Positions 8,244 through 17,010 of a stretch of DNA of 29,468 bases are shown here, piece after piece. Within the stretch, counting starts at the first letter, position 1. Every line of letters starts with the position of its first letter. Origin of the DNA: a virus. Its lineage: Duplodnaviria; Caudoviricetes. The DNA is taken from positions 1 to 29,468 of IMG/VR virus record IMGVR_UViG_3300044513_003134; one strand, written 5' to 3'. A program made the position numbers and the translations under genes. The notes beneath the pieces were generated by a model, which was given only the letters and a program-made list of their open reading frames with translations, was not told the DNA's origin and made no database searches.

Positions 8244-8251
8244 TATTTATA
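8244..8251 (-). promoter_or_regulatory. T4-type late promoter TATAAATA overlapping the stop codon of the 224-aa gene
   Basis: Plus-strand tatttata, about 44 nt upstream of the ATG at 8200. Confidence 0.85.
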
Positions 8252-8921
8252 ATTTTAATTTTAAAGAGATCAGGAGTCTTCTGATATTATTGACGCTGAC
8301 CACTTCAAAATCTAGAATATCACCAGCAACTATTGTCGTGTCCCAATTATTTAGGACATCATCAAAGTATTTATTTTGTCCTGTTAACTGAATTCTTTGG
8401 TTATTGGTGATCGTAGTAAACGTGGGGTATGCATTGAAGTCTGACTTAGACAACTCCAATACAATGTCACCAGTTTGATCTGCCAATACTTTTACAGATT
8501 CAATAACACCAGATACATCGATAGTAACTTTTCCTTTGCTTCCAGGAAGCATTGGGGAACTACCACTATCGATTACAAAATTTATGGATCTCGTTAAATC
8601 TGCTGCTGTTGCAAGAGCAATGATAAAAGTATCATCATTAGCTGCAGGAGCAACTGTGAAGACAATTTTATCGCCAGAAATAACGTAATCTTCTCCTGGT
8701 TCCAAGAGAAGATTATTTTTGGAAACAATCAATTGCTGATTGTTATTTGGGTTGTATGCAACTCCCTGATCTGTAAGAGAGAAAGTTTTGCCAATTCCAT
8801 TAAACCCAGTTAAACCATCCAGTACAATATTTCCATATTGAATGGACTTTGATGGGATTTCATAGTCAACACCTACATTATAAGAACCAGGTTGATTTAG
8901 TGTTACTAAGTAATCAGCCAT
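8247..8921 (-). CDS. Virion structural protein (224 aa)
   Basis: TAATG overlap with the upstream gene at 8921. It carries an LDG..F.G...F.L...LIVSKNNLLLEPGEDYVISGDKIVFTVAP module that also occurs in the wedge proteins. Confidence 0.82.
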   Translation of the reverse strand: MADYLVTLNQPGSYNVGVDYEIPSKSIQYGNIVLDGLTGFNGIGKTFSLTDQGVAYNPNNNQQLIVSKNNLLLEPGEDYVISGDKIVFTVAPAANDDTFIIALATAADLTRSINFVIDSGSSPMLPGSKGKVTIDVSGVIESVKVLADQTGDIVLELSKSDFNAYPTFTTITNNQRIQLTGQNKYFDDVLNNWDTTIVAGDILDFEVVSVNNIRRLLISLKLKL

Positions 8922-9253
8922 TAGGAAACTCCTGGCACTACAAGAACATTCCCCTGAATTGGTCTGGTTTTATATGAGTTTGGTGAAATTAAAACTAAAT
9001 CATATACATACCTACCACCCTCCAGGGCAGAAGTAGCGGTATCTGTCAAAGCAACCTTCACTACACCATTAATTCTATCTGGGAATGTAATAGTGAATGC
9101 AGTGAATTTAGTTGCTGCAGGATGTTTTCTGATCTTCGCCTCTGCAGTGTATCCCGTAAGATTAAGAGCCGAATTGTTAGTATTTCTAATGGTGAACGTG
9201 GCATCAAAATCGACACCCTGATCAACAACTAGATTGACATTTCTTGCCGCCAT
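8921..9253 (-). CDS. Small conserved virion structural protein (110 aa; NL..DQG.DF...F family)
   Basis: MAARNVNLVVDQGVDFDATF...LNLTGYTAEAKIRKH...GRYVYDLVL...QGNVLVVPGVS is a pattern typical of T4-like cyanophage late genes. Confidence 0.82.
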   Translation of the reverse strand: MAARNVNLVVDQGVDFDATFTIRNTNNSALNLTGYTAEAKIRKHPAATKFTAFTITFPDRINGVVKVALTDTATSALEGGRYVYDLVLISPNSYKTRPIQGNVLVVPGVS

Positions 9254-9277
9254 TAGTCAAAAAGAGGGGGGTTTTTA

Positions 9278-9487
9278 CTATTTATCCAGCTTGTCCAAAA
9301 TCAGTTTCATCATAGACTTCAATTCACTTACTTCATTTCGAAGAGTATCTACTTCCTGAATCTCTTGCAACCTTTTTCTTTTAAGTGCAAGATAGTTCTC
9401 ATAATCAGAATCGGAGCAATTCAAGATTGCTCCTGTTTCTGAATCTCTGTATAAATTATTTGAATTTTCAACTTTTATTTTATCCAT
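9278..9487 (-). CDS. Conserved hypothetical protein (69 aa) with a C-terminal coiled coil
   Basis: TAATG overlap with the 2505-aa gene. It shows the KVE...LYRD.ETGAILN pattern and a heptad C-terminus (EVDTLRNEVSELKSMMKLIL). Confidence 0.8.
   Translation of the reverse strand: MDKIKVENSNNLYRDSETGAILNCSDSDYENYLALKRKRLQEIQEVDTLRNEVSELKSMMKLILDKLDK
9279..9286 (-). promoter_or_regulatory. Late promoter variant GATAAATA (NATAAATA)
   Basis: Plus-strand tatttatc overlaps the stop of the 69-aa gene, about 26 nt upstream of the ATG at 9253. Confidence 0.65.
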
Positions 9488-12400
9488 TAGATAGATGCGA
9501 TTGCTCTCAGGTCACGAATCTTGGGAACATAAGCATAGTTAGTTCCAGTCATAACAATCTTAATCTGGAATGCGTTAAATTGTGGAAGATTCTTCGCATT
9601 GAATTCGTACTCTCTATAATCGTTGTCAGTGTTTGATGCAAGAACATTTCTGTCAGGTCTTCCACTGTTCTTAGAAGTATCAATAATTCTTCCAGTAGAA
9701 TCAAGATTATCATATCCAGGGAACAATTCAAACAACTGATATTCAGCTGGAGCATCGACTCTGAACACTCTGTATAGAACTCGGATATCATTAGAAGAGT
9801 GTCTGTATGCATCAAACAGAACTCTTAGTCCATCTGCTGCTTTTTCTAGTTTAACAACCTTAGATAGATAAATTGCGGCACTTGGATCTTGATCAAGAGA
9901 ATTAACTCTTAGATCGGAAGGATAGTCAGTAATCTTACTGTTAAGTCTATCCATCGTTGTAACGATATTAATTCTATCAAGGTCAATCATTGGACTTACC
10001 TTGCTATCATTTGAAGATAGAGATAGTTCCATAGTAAAGGACTTTCTACCAGGGAAGTCTTGCAATCTATTCAACTCATTTTCCTTAGAAGCAATAATTC
10101 TTGGGGAAGAGAATACGTTATTACTATTAAGAGATACAGGTTCATATCCCTGATCAACGTATGCAGTCAGGTTTCCATCTGGACTATTTCCAGTGAAAGT
10201 TCTGACACTTGCTTCAATATTAGTCGCTTCTGGTTGCAGAGTACCAATATTTGGTCTGAGGATGTTGAATGGGATATTCTGAGTTGCTTGTGGACCATAT
10301 AGGTTGCCTACCATTGGCATCTCAGTAACATAACTGCCTCCAGACTTCGTTTCTCTCCAGTAAAGTTCTGGGAATCCAGATGCATTACCAGTTGTTCTAT
10401 CAACACCTCTACTACTCATACCAACATTAATCCAGTAATGATCAACGTCAGTTGAATACTTGTTAAGATCAGTATTGGCAAGACTATGAGATGCATTGAT
10501 TCTTCTCAATGACACACCATTCAATTCATACTTTTCGATCTGAGTGTTGATTGCATAATCACCAGAAACGGAATCATCAATTGCTCTTGTGATCCCAGTA
10601 AGAGTTCCAGCGGAGGTACTTACTCCAGTATATCTAATGATTTCTTTACCAACTAGAACATATCCTGGGTTAGAACTATCAACAGTAAGATTCTCAAATG
10701 CAGTGAAGATTCCAACACTACTTACAGGTAACCCCTCGGTACTTGTGGAATTATACGATGATGTAATCTTTTCTGGTTTTACATCTGGTTCAAATCCAAG
10801 CAGTTTCACCGTGTCCCTATCGGAATACATTCCATGGTTATTATGTCTGACTCTTGCATGAACCCCATCAGTAATATCCTGAAGATATGTGATTGGAGTT
10901 CCTGTAAGGATGGAAGACCCAGCTCCACCAACATAAACAACCGCAGAAGAAGCATCAATTTTTGGTCCGCCTTGAACTTGATCAATCAAGAGAGTGTTAA
11001 ATGCACTAATAACACCAACTTCATTGGGGATAGTTAGTAGAAGGTTCTTACCAAATCCACCAGTGTTTGTGTAATCAACAGTCAATACATCACCTGCAGA
11101 ATAACCCGTTCCACCAATAGAAACGGTTGCTGCAACTGCAACTCCAGAATTAACACTGATGTTTGCCTTTGCACCAGATCCTCTACCAGTTCTAGCAATC
11201 AACGGTACACCAGAGTATGTTGCAGCACCAGAGGTAAATCCTGCGCCAATATTTGTTAGTGTTAACGCACTTCCAACTCCGATTGCACCTAAAACTTTAC
11301 TCAGATTAGCGGAGAAGTTTGGATTATTTTCTTGGAGAATCGTAACTCCAGCAGTTAGATTTAACTGTTCTGTAGCTGTCAAACTCTTTCCAAGACCAAC
11401 AATAATGTTTTTGGAAACCATATCAAGTGGATTAGTTCTCAATTTGGCAATTTGTCTGTTACCAATATCAAGATCTGGATTATAAAGTTTAAATCTACCA
11501 ACGTCTGTAGAAAACTCTGCTCTGTATAGAGTGAACTTAAGGTCTTCCAACTGACTAGGATCCCACGTTGCACCATTCTGTGACTTGAATAGTGATCCCA
11601 GAAGTGGTTGTTGTGCAACAATGATCTTCTCAGAATCTGGTTGGTTAACAGTGCTGATATCCTCTTCACCCATTCTCGAAATGAATACCGTATATTCATT
11701 GGAGGCAGAAAGAAGAACAATAGCATATTGACCACTTCCCTCACAGTAGACTGGGGATGGGAAGGTAAATGTAGTTGGAAGAGATCCATCCTCAGAAAGA
11801 ACAACTTCGGATGGGTCAAGAATTACCTCACCAAAGGGAAGAATAGTCTGTGTTGGCAAACCAGTCTGTAGTGTTCTGACCTGTAGAGTAACAGGTAGAG
11901 AATTGGTATCCTTAGATCTAAAGTATACGTCACACTTAGTGAGGAATACCCCGTTGATATCTGGAACCTCAAAAGATTGAGCCAGAGGATCAACCCATCT
12001 CGATTGAGTTGTAGTTCTATTAGTAAAACTTACATCAGCAACTAATCTAGTATCACTATTTGTGAGACTTCTATCCTGAGATCTTGGAATTCTCTGTACA
12101 TCAGCATTTCTAATTCTTAAAGTTGCCTCCTCAACATTCTGCAAAGTACCAGAGGAAGTGAAAGTACTCTCTGCAGAACTATCGGTGAATCCAGAAATTG
12201 TCTGGTTGGAAGAACTACTTGTCAGAGTAAATGTCTTAGATCCAGTATTAAATGTTGGAGCAGATGGTACAGTTGGATCAGGTAAGAATAGAGATCCAAT
12301 GAGAACACCAGCTTTATCAGTAATGAGTCTAATATCCTTGATAGTAGCAACTGCTCCACTAGACTGACCGACAATTCTCATACCCTTAGCAAGGTGACCA

Positions 12401-15400
12401 AAGAATCCAGATGCAGACTGGAGTTCTAGGGATGCAGTATCAACGTTTAGGATAGTAGAAGTCGAAGAATAAGTAGAAGGAATTGTGGAAGATGGAGAAT
12501 ATGGATTGTTTACATAAGTCTGTGATGGGTTATTATAAACGCCATACTTATGGTTTGTTTGAGCAAGTCTAAACCTACAAGATGCATTACCATTGGTAAC
12601 AGTTCCAACAACTGTTTCACCAGCGCCAAATGTTCCGCTGACCATCTCAATTTCGATCAGTTTGGGAACAATGTACTTGTTCATGTCAATATTATCAAAG
12701 AAGGCATAAAGTCTTGTATTAGGCTTCAGTCTTCTGCAAATAAATTCAATATTTCTGGATCTCATCGTTGCGATGACTTCCGTAGAAACCACTCTATCGC
12801 CTAGAGTTGTGGTATCAAATCTTTCACCAACTCTAAACTGGATACCCTGTCTAGTTTGGTTAGTTGTTGTAGTAACCGTCTGTTCTCTAACAGAAGCAGT
12901 TCTAGTTCTGAGATTTGTAGTAGTTGTAAGTCTAATGCCTCTTCCAGCGACAAAACCACTAGTTCTTCTGGTATTGTTTCCAGTGACAGTTGTTGTATTT
13001 TGCCTCAGTACAGTAGGACCGTTAGATACACTTGTACCAGTCCATGTTGTTTCCCAGGATCCCCAATCAATTGGAGACATTCCAGTATTACTGTCAGCGC
13101 CAGTAATACCCATTGCGGAATTAAAGCTTCCTTCTACATCATAAGTTGCACTAGATCTTCTAGTTTCAATCCAAGTATCTGTAGATGGATTGAGTTCAAT
13201 CTGACCAATCCAGTTTACAACAGCAAATGGGTTTACATTTTCAATTCTTGTAGCGAACTTATTCTGAAGGAATGTTTTATCACTATAGTTCAAACATACA
13301 ACATCACCAACTCTCTTGACATTTCTATCTCCAAGATCGGAAACAAATCTATAATCAGAAGCAGGACTTGAAGAAGTTGCAGCACCAACAATTGCTTCGG
13401 AACCAAGGAGAAGGTCCAAAGAAGTAGTGTAGTGTTGTGGTCTCAGTCTACCTTCTATTGGATCTACACTAGCTTTATACTGAGAATTAGTAACATCACC
13501 ACCAGTAGTTGACTTAAAGTTATCAACAAAGAATCCAGATTTGAATCTGTCTAAATTTGTCTGAGGATCCTTTAGTGCAAGGTTAGCCGTCTCAGATTCG
13601 AGTAGAGATAAGGCAGTATAATACTCAACGTTCTTTAACCTATCTTCAATGATTGAGATATCCTTCATGCGATATCTCTTATGTCTAGCAAGTTTCAATT
13701 CTACTTGAGACGCATTATAGACATATGGAGGAAGATAAACAGTAGCTATCTCAAGTGCATTTTCGATAGTGTTTGGAACTTTTGGTTGAATAGCTGGAAC
13801 ACCAACAGAAAGACTGAAGATTCCATCTTTACTTAAGTAAAGTTTATCAATTCTACCAAGATAGTAATCATAACTTACGTTTACTGACTTATCTTTAGCA
13901 ACTACAAGAGTTGAAGATGAAGTATATGGATCAAAGTTTCTAGACAAAAACTCAAATGGAGATCTATTTGTAGCTACAGTAGAAACTCTAGGTCTGAAGT
14001 CAAGAACATCGGATGCGGGTTGATATCCTTCAATTAATGGAACTTCAGTAGCATATAAATCTGCATCATAGGAATTGATGGCAACAAAGTCACCAGGGTC
14101 AGACTGTTCGATAACAAAATGGTTATAAACAATGGTAATTCTTCTTGTTGGTGCTTCTGATCCAGGCTTTCTTACCAAAGAAGAGAAGTCAACATAGTCC
14201 TCTCTCTGACCAGGATCAAATTCAAAATTATCTTTAATGTCCCTATCTCCAGGAACAAAAGAAAGAACAGTAGCAGTTACATTGGACTCTTCAAATACAA
14301 CTTCTTCACCAATTTCGAAAGAATTTTCATTCCTGTAGACAAAATCAACCTCATTAGATCCATTACTGTCAACAAAAACTGCAGCTGAGCCAGATGTCTG
14401 GCCAACCATCTTTTCACCTCTCAATGCATTTAGGATATTTGTGTTGAGATTGGAAAGTACAAGGACAGGGAACTGTGGATCACTTACTGAGGACGACTCA
14501 AGAACAGCGATGACATTTGATACATCAGGAACACCAATAGAGATTCTCTTATCTTGAACTCTAGTTCCATAAATTGTGCTATAAGTTAGTCCGTCTTCAA
14601 TGGTAGTAGCTCCAATACCAGAAGAATTCTTAGCAGACAAACTAATAGTGTTTGTAGATGCTTTCTTAAATACTTTATTTTTTGCTCTTACGTTGACTTT
14701 TTTCCAAGTAACAGTGAGAGTAGCGTTTCCACTAGAAACACTCAATCCAGAAAGGGTAATGGTTCTTCCGCTTACTGTTAGTTTCTGATTATTAAGAGCT
14801 TCTACAACACCAGTCGAGTGGAAGGTCAAGTTATAGTCTTCTTCATCAAATGGTTCCAAAGTGAGACTTGCATCAGATTCTAAAGTAGCACTATACGAAC
14901 CAGAAGCAATAGAAACACTATACGTCTTTCTGAAAAGAATATCAGATCCAGTAAAATCAACAGAAGCTACGTTTGGTTTGGTTAATTCTGAATACAAGAA
15001 AGACTTATTCGTATTCAATACCTCTGTAGAAACTTTGAAGAGGTCATTTGCAGTTAAATCACTAACTGGCAGAGTTCCAACGTTTACATTGGATACATTC
15101 GTAGTTGCTTCAAGAACTATTTTTTTGTTACTTACATCAATCTGTTTAATTGCATTGAATACTGGAACAGTATTTCCAGAAACACTATATCTGATAATAT
15201 CACCAGTTCTAATTCCAATATTAGTGCTAAATTCTAGAGCAGCACAAGTTGCAGTAGAAACACCTGCAGACTCACCAGTAATACTGAACTGGGATCCCAA
15301 AGAAGCGATTAGGGTTCCTTTATTCAGTTTAGTGTCTGCAGTAAAGGGTACAGAACCAGTTCCTGCAATTTGACGAACATCTTCAATAGAATAGTCTTCC

Positions 15401-17004
15401 ACTCTAGTAATAGATCTAGATACTGGTTGACCGTTAACGTAAATTTCCTCACCTTCTTGGAATTGTCCGTTAACTTGATATAATTTTATCTGTCTAACAT
15501 CATTTACAGTTTCATGAATGTATCCAGTAGCACCGCTACTCTGACCCTCAATCAAAGCAGGTGTTGGGATTAACATATGAGTGTTAATCTCAATATATGT
15601 AAATGTCTGAATGTCGTAGAGAGATGCTTCAAAAATAGTAGAAGCATCCACATACTGAGCATTCTTCAATTTCATATCATATAGTCTTGCAACGCCGATA
15701 TGAATACCACTAGCAGTACCAGGGGTTACGGTTCTATTCTTATAGAGATTTACATATGTATCAGTTCCAATGCCAATATTGGAAGATCCATAAACATTGT
15801 TGAGTTCAATCTGCTTACCAAGAGAAAATGGAATTGATTCATTGAATAATTTTTCTGTTCCTCTTGGTTTTGGAACATCAACCGTAGTTGTATTGAGAGT
15901 CTCTACTTCATATCCACGAACATATGCTTTACCAGGTCCAACAGATAAACTAATAAAGCTTTCTGCTGGTTTATTACCCTGCTGAGTTACCTGATTGGAA
16001 TAGTAAGCTCCATCGTTACCAATTCTATCATTTAGGTTCTCTTTTACAGAAACACTAAATGGTCTGATGTAATAATCACCAGATTCGTCGTAAGTTCTTC
16101 TAGCTAACTCATCACGAATGAGGTTATAATCAGATGATTTTACAAACTTAGAAACAACTCCCTCTTCTACCCTAAGAAGTTCAATAAAGTTCTCATCATT
16201 AAAGTCAGTTAAAGACTTTTTGACTAGAGTTGTTGAAATTTTAAATCTATCTGCACCAGGAGCAGCAAAGTTAGAGAACCCTCTTGCATTATCATATAGA
16301 TCTTCATTGACTGAAGATGCTGTTACAATTTGTTCATTTACAAGAAGACCAACCCTGTAGCTAGGCTTATTTCCATACTGATCCAGAACTACTGTTTGAT
16401 CTAATACTTCAACAAAAAATCCTCTGATGAAATATACACCATTGGCAATTTTTACAGCAGATCCAACTTGTGATGACTGTGAAATAATAGTAGTAGCAAA
16501 ACTAGTTCCTGCTCTAATGCTAGATAATGTATAATTAACATCTTCTTGAACTAGAAGATCTTCCCCATCTACAAAAGTAGATCTGGAGAAGTCTTGATCA
16601 CTGGAACTCTGATATTTAATGTATAAAGTATAATTTCCTCTTTCTGATTGTCTATTGGTAATTACATATTCAACTTTTGCTGTTACACCACTAGTCTCAC
16701 CCTTAATTAGTTTACCCTTAAGAGCATCTAAGTAAAGTGAAACTGGCAATCCTAAGTGAGTATCATCAATCTGAACACATGAATAGTCATCATCATAAGC
16801 AATTTGACCAGGGATTACTACAGAGCCCTCTTTGAAAAAATGCCTACCAAACTTTTCAACCTGATTCTGAAGAATAGATTGTAGTGTTGTTAATTCCCTA
16901 GATTGAATTGGTAGTCCTGGTTTGAACAGGACTCGCTGATAATTCTTCTGATCATTAAAATCGTCAAAATATGGAGACGCATTGAGGTTAGTATTTTGTG
17001 GCAT
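9487..17004 (-). CDS. Large virion/baseplate structural protein, VrlC/DUF4815-like (2505 aa)
   Basis: Hallmark motifs include MPQNTNLNASPYFDDF...QSRELTTLQSILQNQ, APGADRFKI, LARRTYDESGDY, RFKSGFFVDNF, DPLAQSF, GSLFKSQN and the terminal PKIRDLRAIA. It lies directly after gp8. Confidence 0.88.
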   Translation of the reverse strand: MPQNTNLNASPYFDDFNDQKNYQRVLFKPGLPIQSRELTTLQSILQNQVEKFGRHFFKEGSVVIPGQIAYDDDYSCVQIDDTHLGLPVSLYLDALKGKLIKGETSGVTAKVEYVITNRQSERGNYTLYIKYQSSSDQDFSRSTFVDGEDLLVQEDVNYTLSSIRAGTSFATTIISQSSQVGSAVKIANGVYFIRGFFVEVLDQTVVLDQYGNKPSYRVGLLVNEQIVTASSVNEDLYDNARGFSNFAAPGADRFKISTTLVKKSLTDFNDENFIELLRVEEGVVSKFVKSSDYNLIRDELARRTYDESGDYYIRPFSVSVKENLNDRIGNDGAYYSNQVTQQGNKPAESFISLSVGPGKAYVRGYEVETLNTTTVDVPKPRGTEKLFNESIPFSLGKQIELNNVYGSSNIGIGTDTYVNLYKNRTVTPGTASGIHIGVARLYDMKLKNAQYVDASTIFEASLYDIQTFTYIEINTHMLIPTPALIEGQSSGATGYIHETVNDVRQIKLYQVNGQFQEGEEIYVNGQPVSRSITRVEDYSIEDVRQIAGTGSVPFTADTKLNKGTLIASLGSQFSITGESAGVSTATCAALEFSTNIGIRTGDIIRYSVSGNTVPVFNAIKQIDVSNKKIVLEATTNVSNVNVGTLPVSDLTANDLFKVSTEVLNTNKSFLYSELTKPNVASVDFTGSDILFRKTYSVSIASGSYSATLESDASLTLEPFDEEDYNLTFHSTGVVEALNNQKLTVSGRTITLSGLSVSSGNATLTVTWKKVNVRAKNKVFKKASTNTISLSAKNSSGIGATTIEDGLTYSTIYGTRVQDKRISIGVPDVSNVIAVLESSSVSDPQFPVLVLSNLNTNILNALRGEKMVGQTSGSAAVFVDSNGSNEVDFVYRNENSFEIGEEVVFEESNVTATVLSFVPGDRDIKDNFEFDPGQREDYVDFSSLVRKPGSEAPTRRITIVYNHFVIEQSDPGDFVAINSYDADLYATEVPLIEGYQPASDVLDFRPRVSTVATNRSPFEFLSRNFDPYTSSSTLVVAKDKSVNVSYDYYLGRIDKLYLSKDGIFSLSVGVPAIQPKVPNTIENALEIATVYLPPYVYNASQVELKLARHKRYRMKDISIIEDRLKNVEYYTALSLLESETANLALKDPQTNLDRFKSGFFVDNFKSTTGGDVTNSQYKASVDPIEGRLRPQHYTTSLDLLLGSEAIVGAATSSSPASDYRFVSDLGDRNVKRVGDVVCLNYSDKTFLQNKFATRIENVNPFAVVNWIGQIELNPSTDTWIETRRSSATYDVEGSFNSAMGITGADSNTGMSPIDWGSWETTWTGTSVSNGPTVLRQNTTTVTGNNTRRTSGFVAGRGIRLTTTTNLRTRTASVREQTVTTTTNQTRQGIQFRVGERFDTTTLGDRVVSTEVIATMRSRNIEFICRRLKPNTRLYAFFDNIDMNKYIVPKLIEIEMVSGTFGAGETVVGTVTNGNASCRFRLAQTNHKYGVYNNPSQTYVNNPYSPSSTIPSTYSSTSTILNVDTASLELQSASGFFGHLAKGMRIVGQSSGAVATIKDIRLITDKAGVLIGSLFLPDPTVPSAPTFNTGSKTFTLTSSSSNQTISGFTDSSAESTFTSSGTLQNVEEATLRIRNADVQRIPRSQDRSLTNSDTRLVADVSFTNRTTTQSRWVDPLAQSFEVPDINGVFLTKCDVYFRSKDTNSLPVTLQVRTLQTGLPTQTILPFGEVILDPSEVVLSEDGSLPTTFTFPSPVYCEGSGQYAIVLLSASNEYTVFISRMGEEDISTVNQPDSEKIIVAQQPLLGSLFKSQNGATWDPSQLEDLKFTLYRAEFSTDVGRFKLYNPDLDIGNRQIAKLRTNPLDMVSKNIIVGLGKSLTATEQLNLTAGVTILQENNPNFSANLSKVLGAIGVGSALTLTNIGAGFTSGAATYSGVPLIARTGRGSGAKANISVNSGVAVAATVSIGGTGYSAGDVLTVDYTNTGGFGKNLLLTIPNEVGVISAFNTLLIDQVQGGPKIDASSAVVYVGGAGSSILTGTPITYLQDITDGVHARVRHNNHGMYSDRDTVKLLGFEPDVKPEKITSSYNSTSTEGLPVSSVGIFTAFENLTVDSSNPGYVLVGKEIIRYTGVSTSAGTLTGITRAIDDSVSGDYAINTQIEKYELNGVSLRRINASHSLANTDLNKYSTDVDHYWINVGMSSRGVDRTTGNASGFPELYWRETKSGGSYVTEMPMVGNLYGPQATQNIPFNILRPNIGTLQPEATNIEASVRTFTGNSPDGNLTAYVDQGYEPVSLNSNNVFSSPRIIASKENELNRLQDFPGRKSFTMELSLSSNDSKVSPMIDLDRINIVTTMDRLNSKITDYPSDLRVNSLDQDPSAAIYLSKVVKLEKAADGLRVLFDAYRHSSNDIRVLYRVFRVDAPAEYQLFELFPGYDNLDSTGRIIDTSKNSGRPDRNVLASNTDNDYREYEFNAKNLPQFNAFQIKIVMTGTNYAYVPKIRDLRAIASI

Positions 17005-17010
17005 TGTTCT

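Noticed and set aside
9256-9277. aaaaagaggggggttttt as a terminator or phase-variable G tract
   Set aside because: The only possible stem is A/T pairs, and a G6 run is too short to imply slippage.
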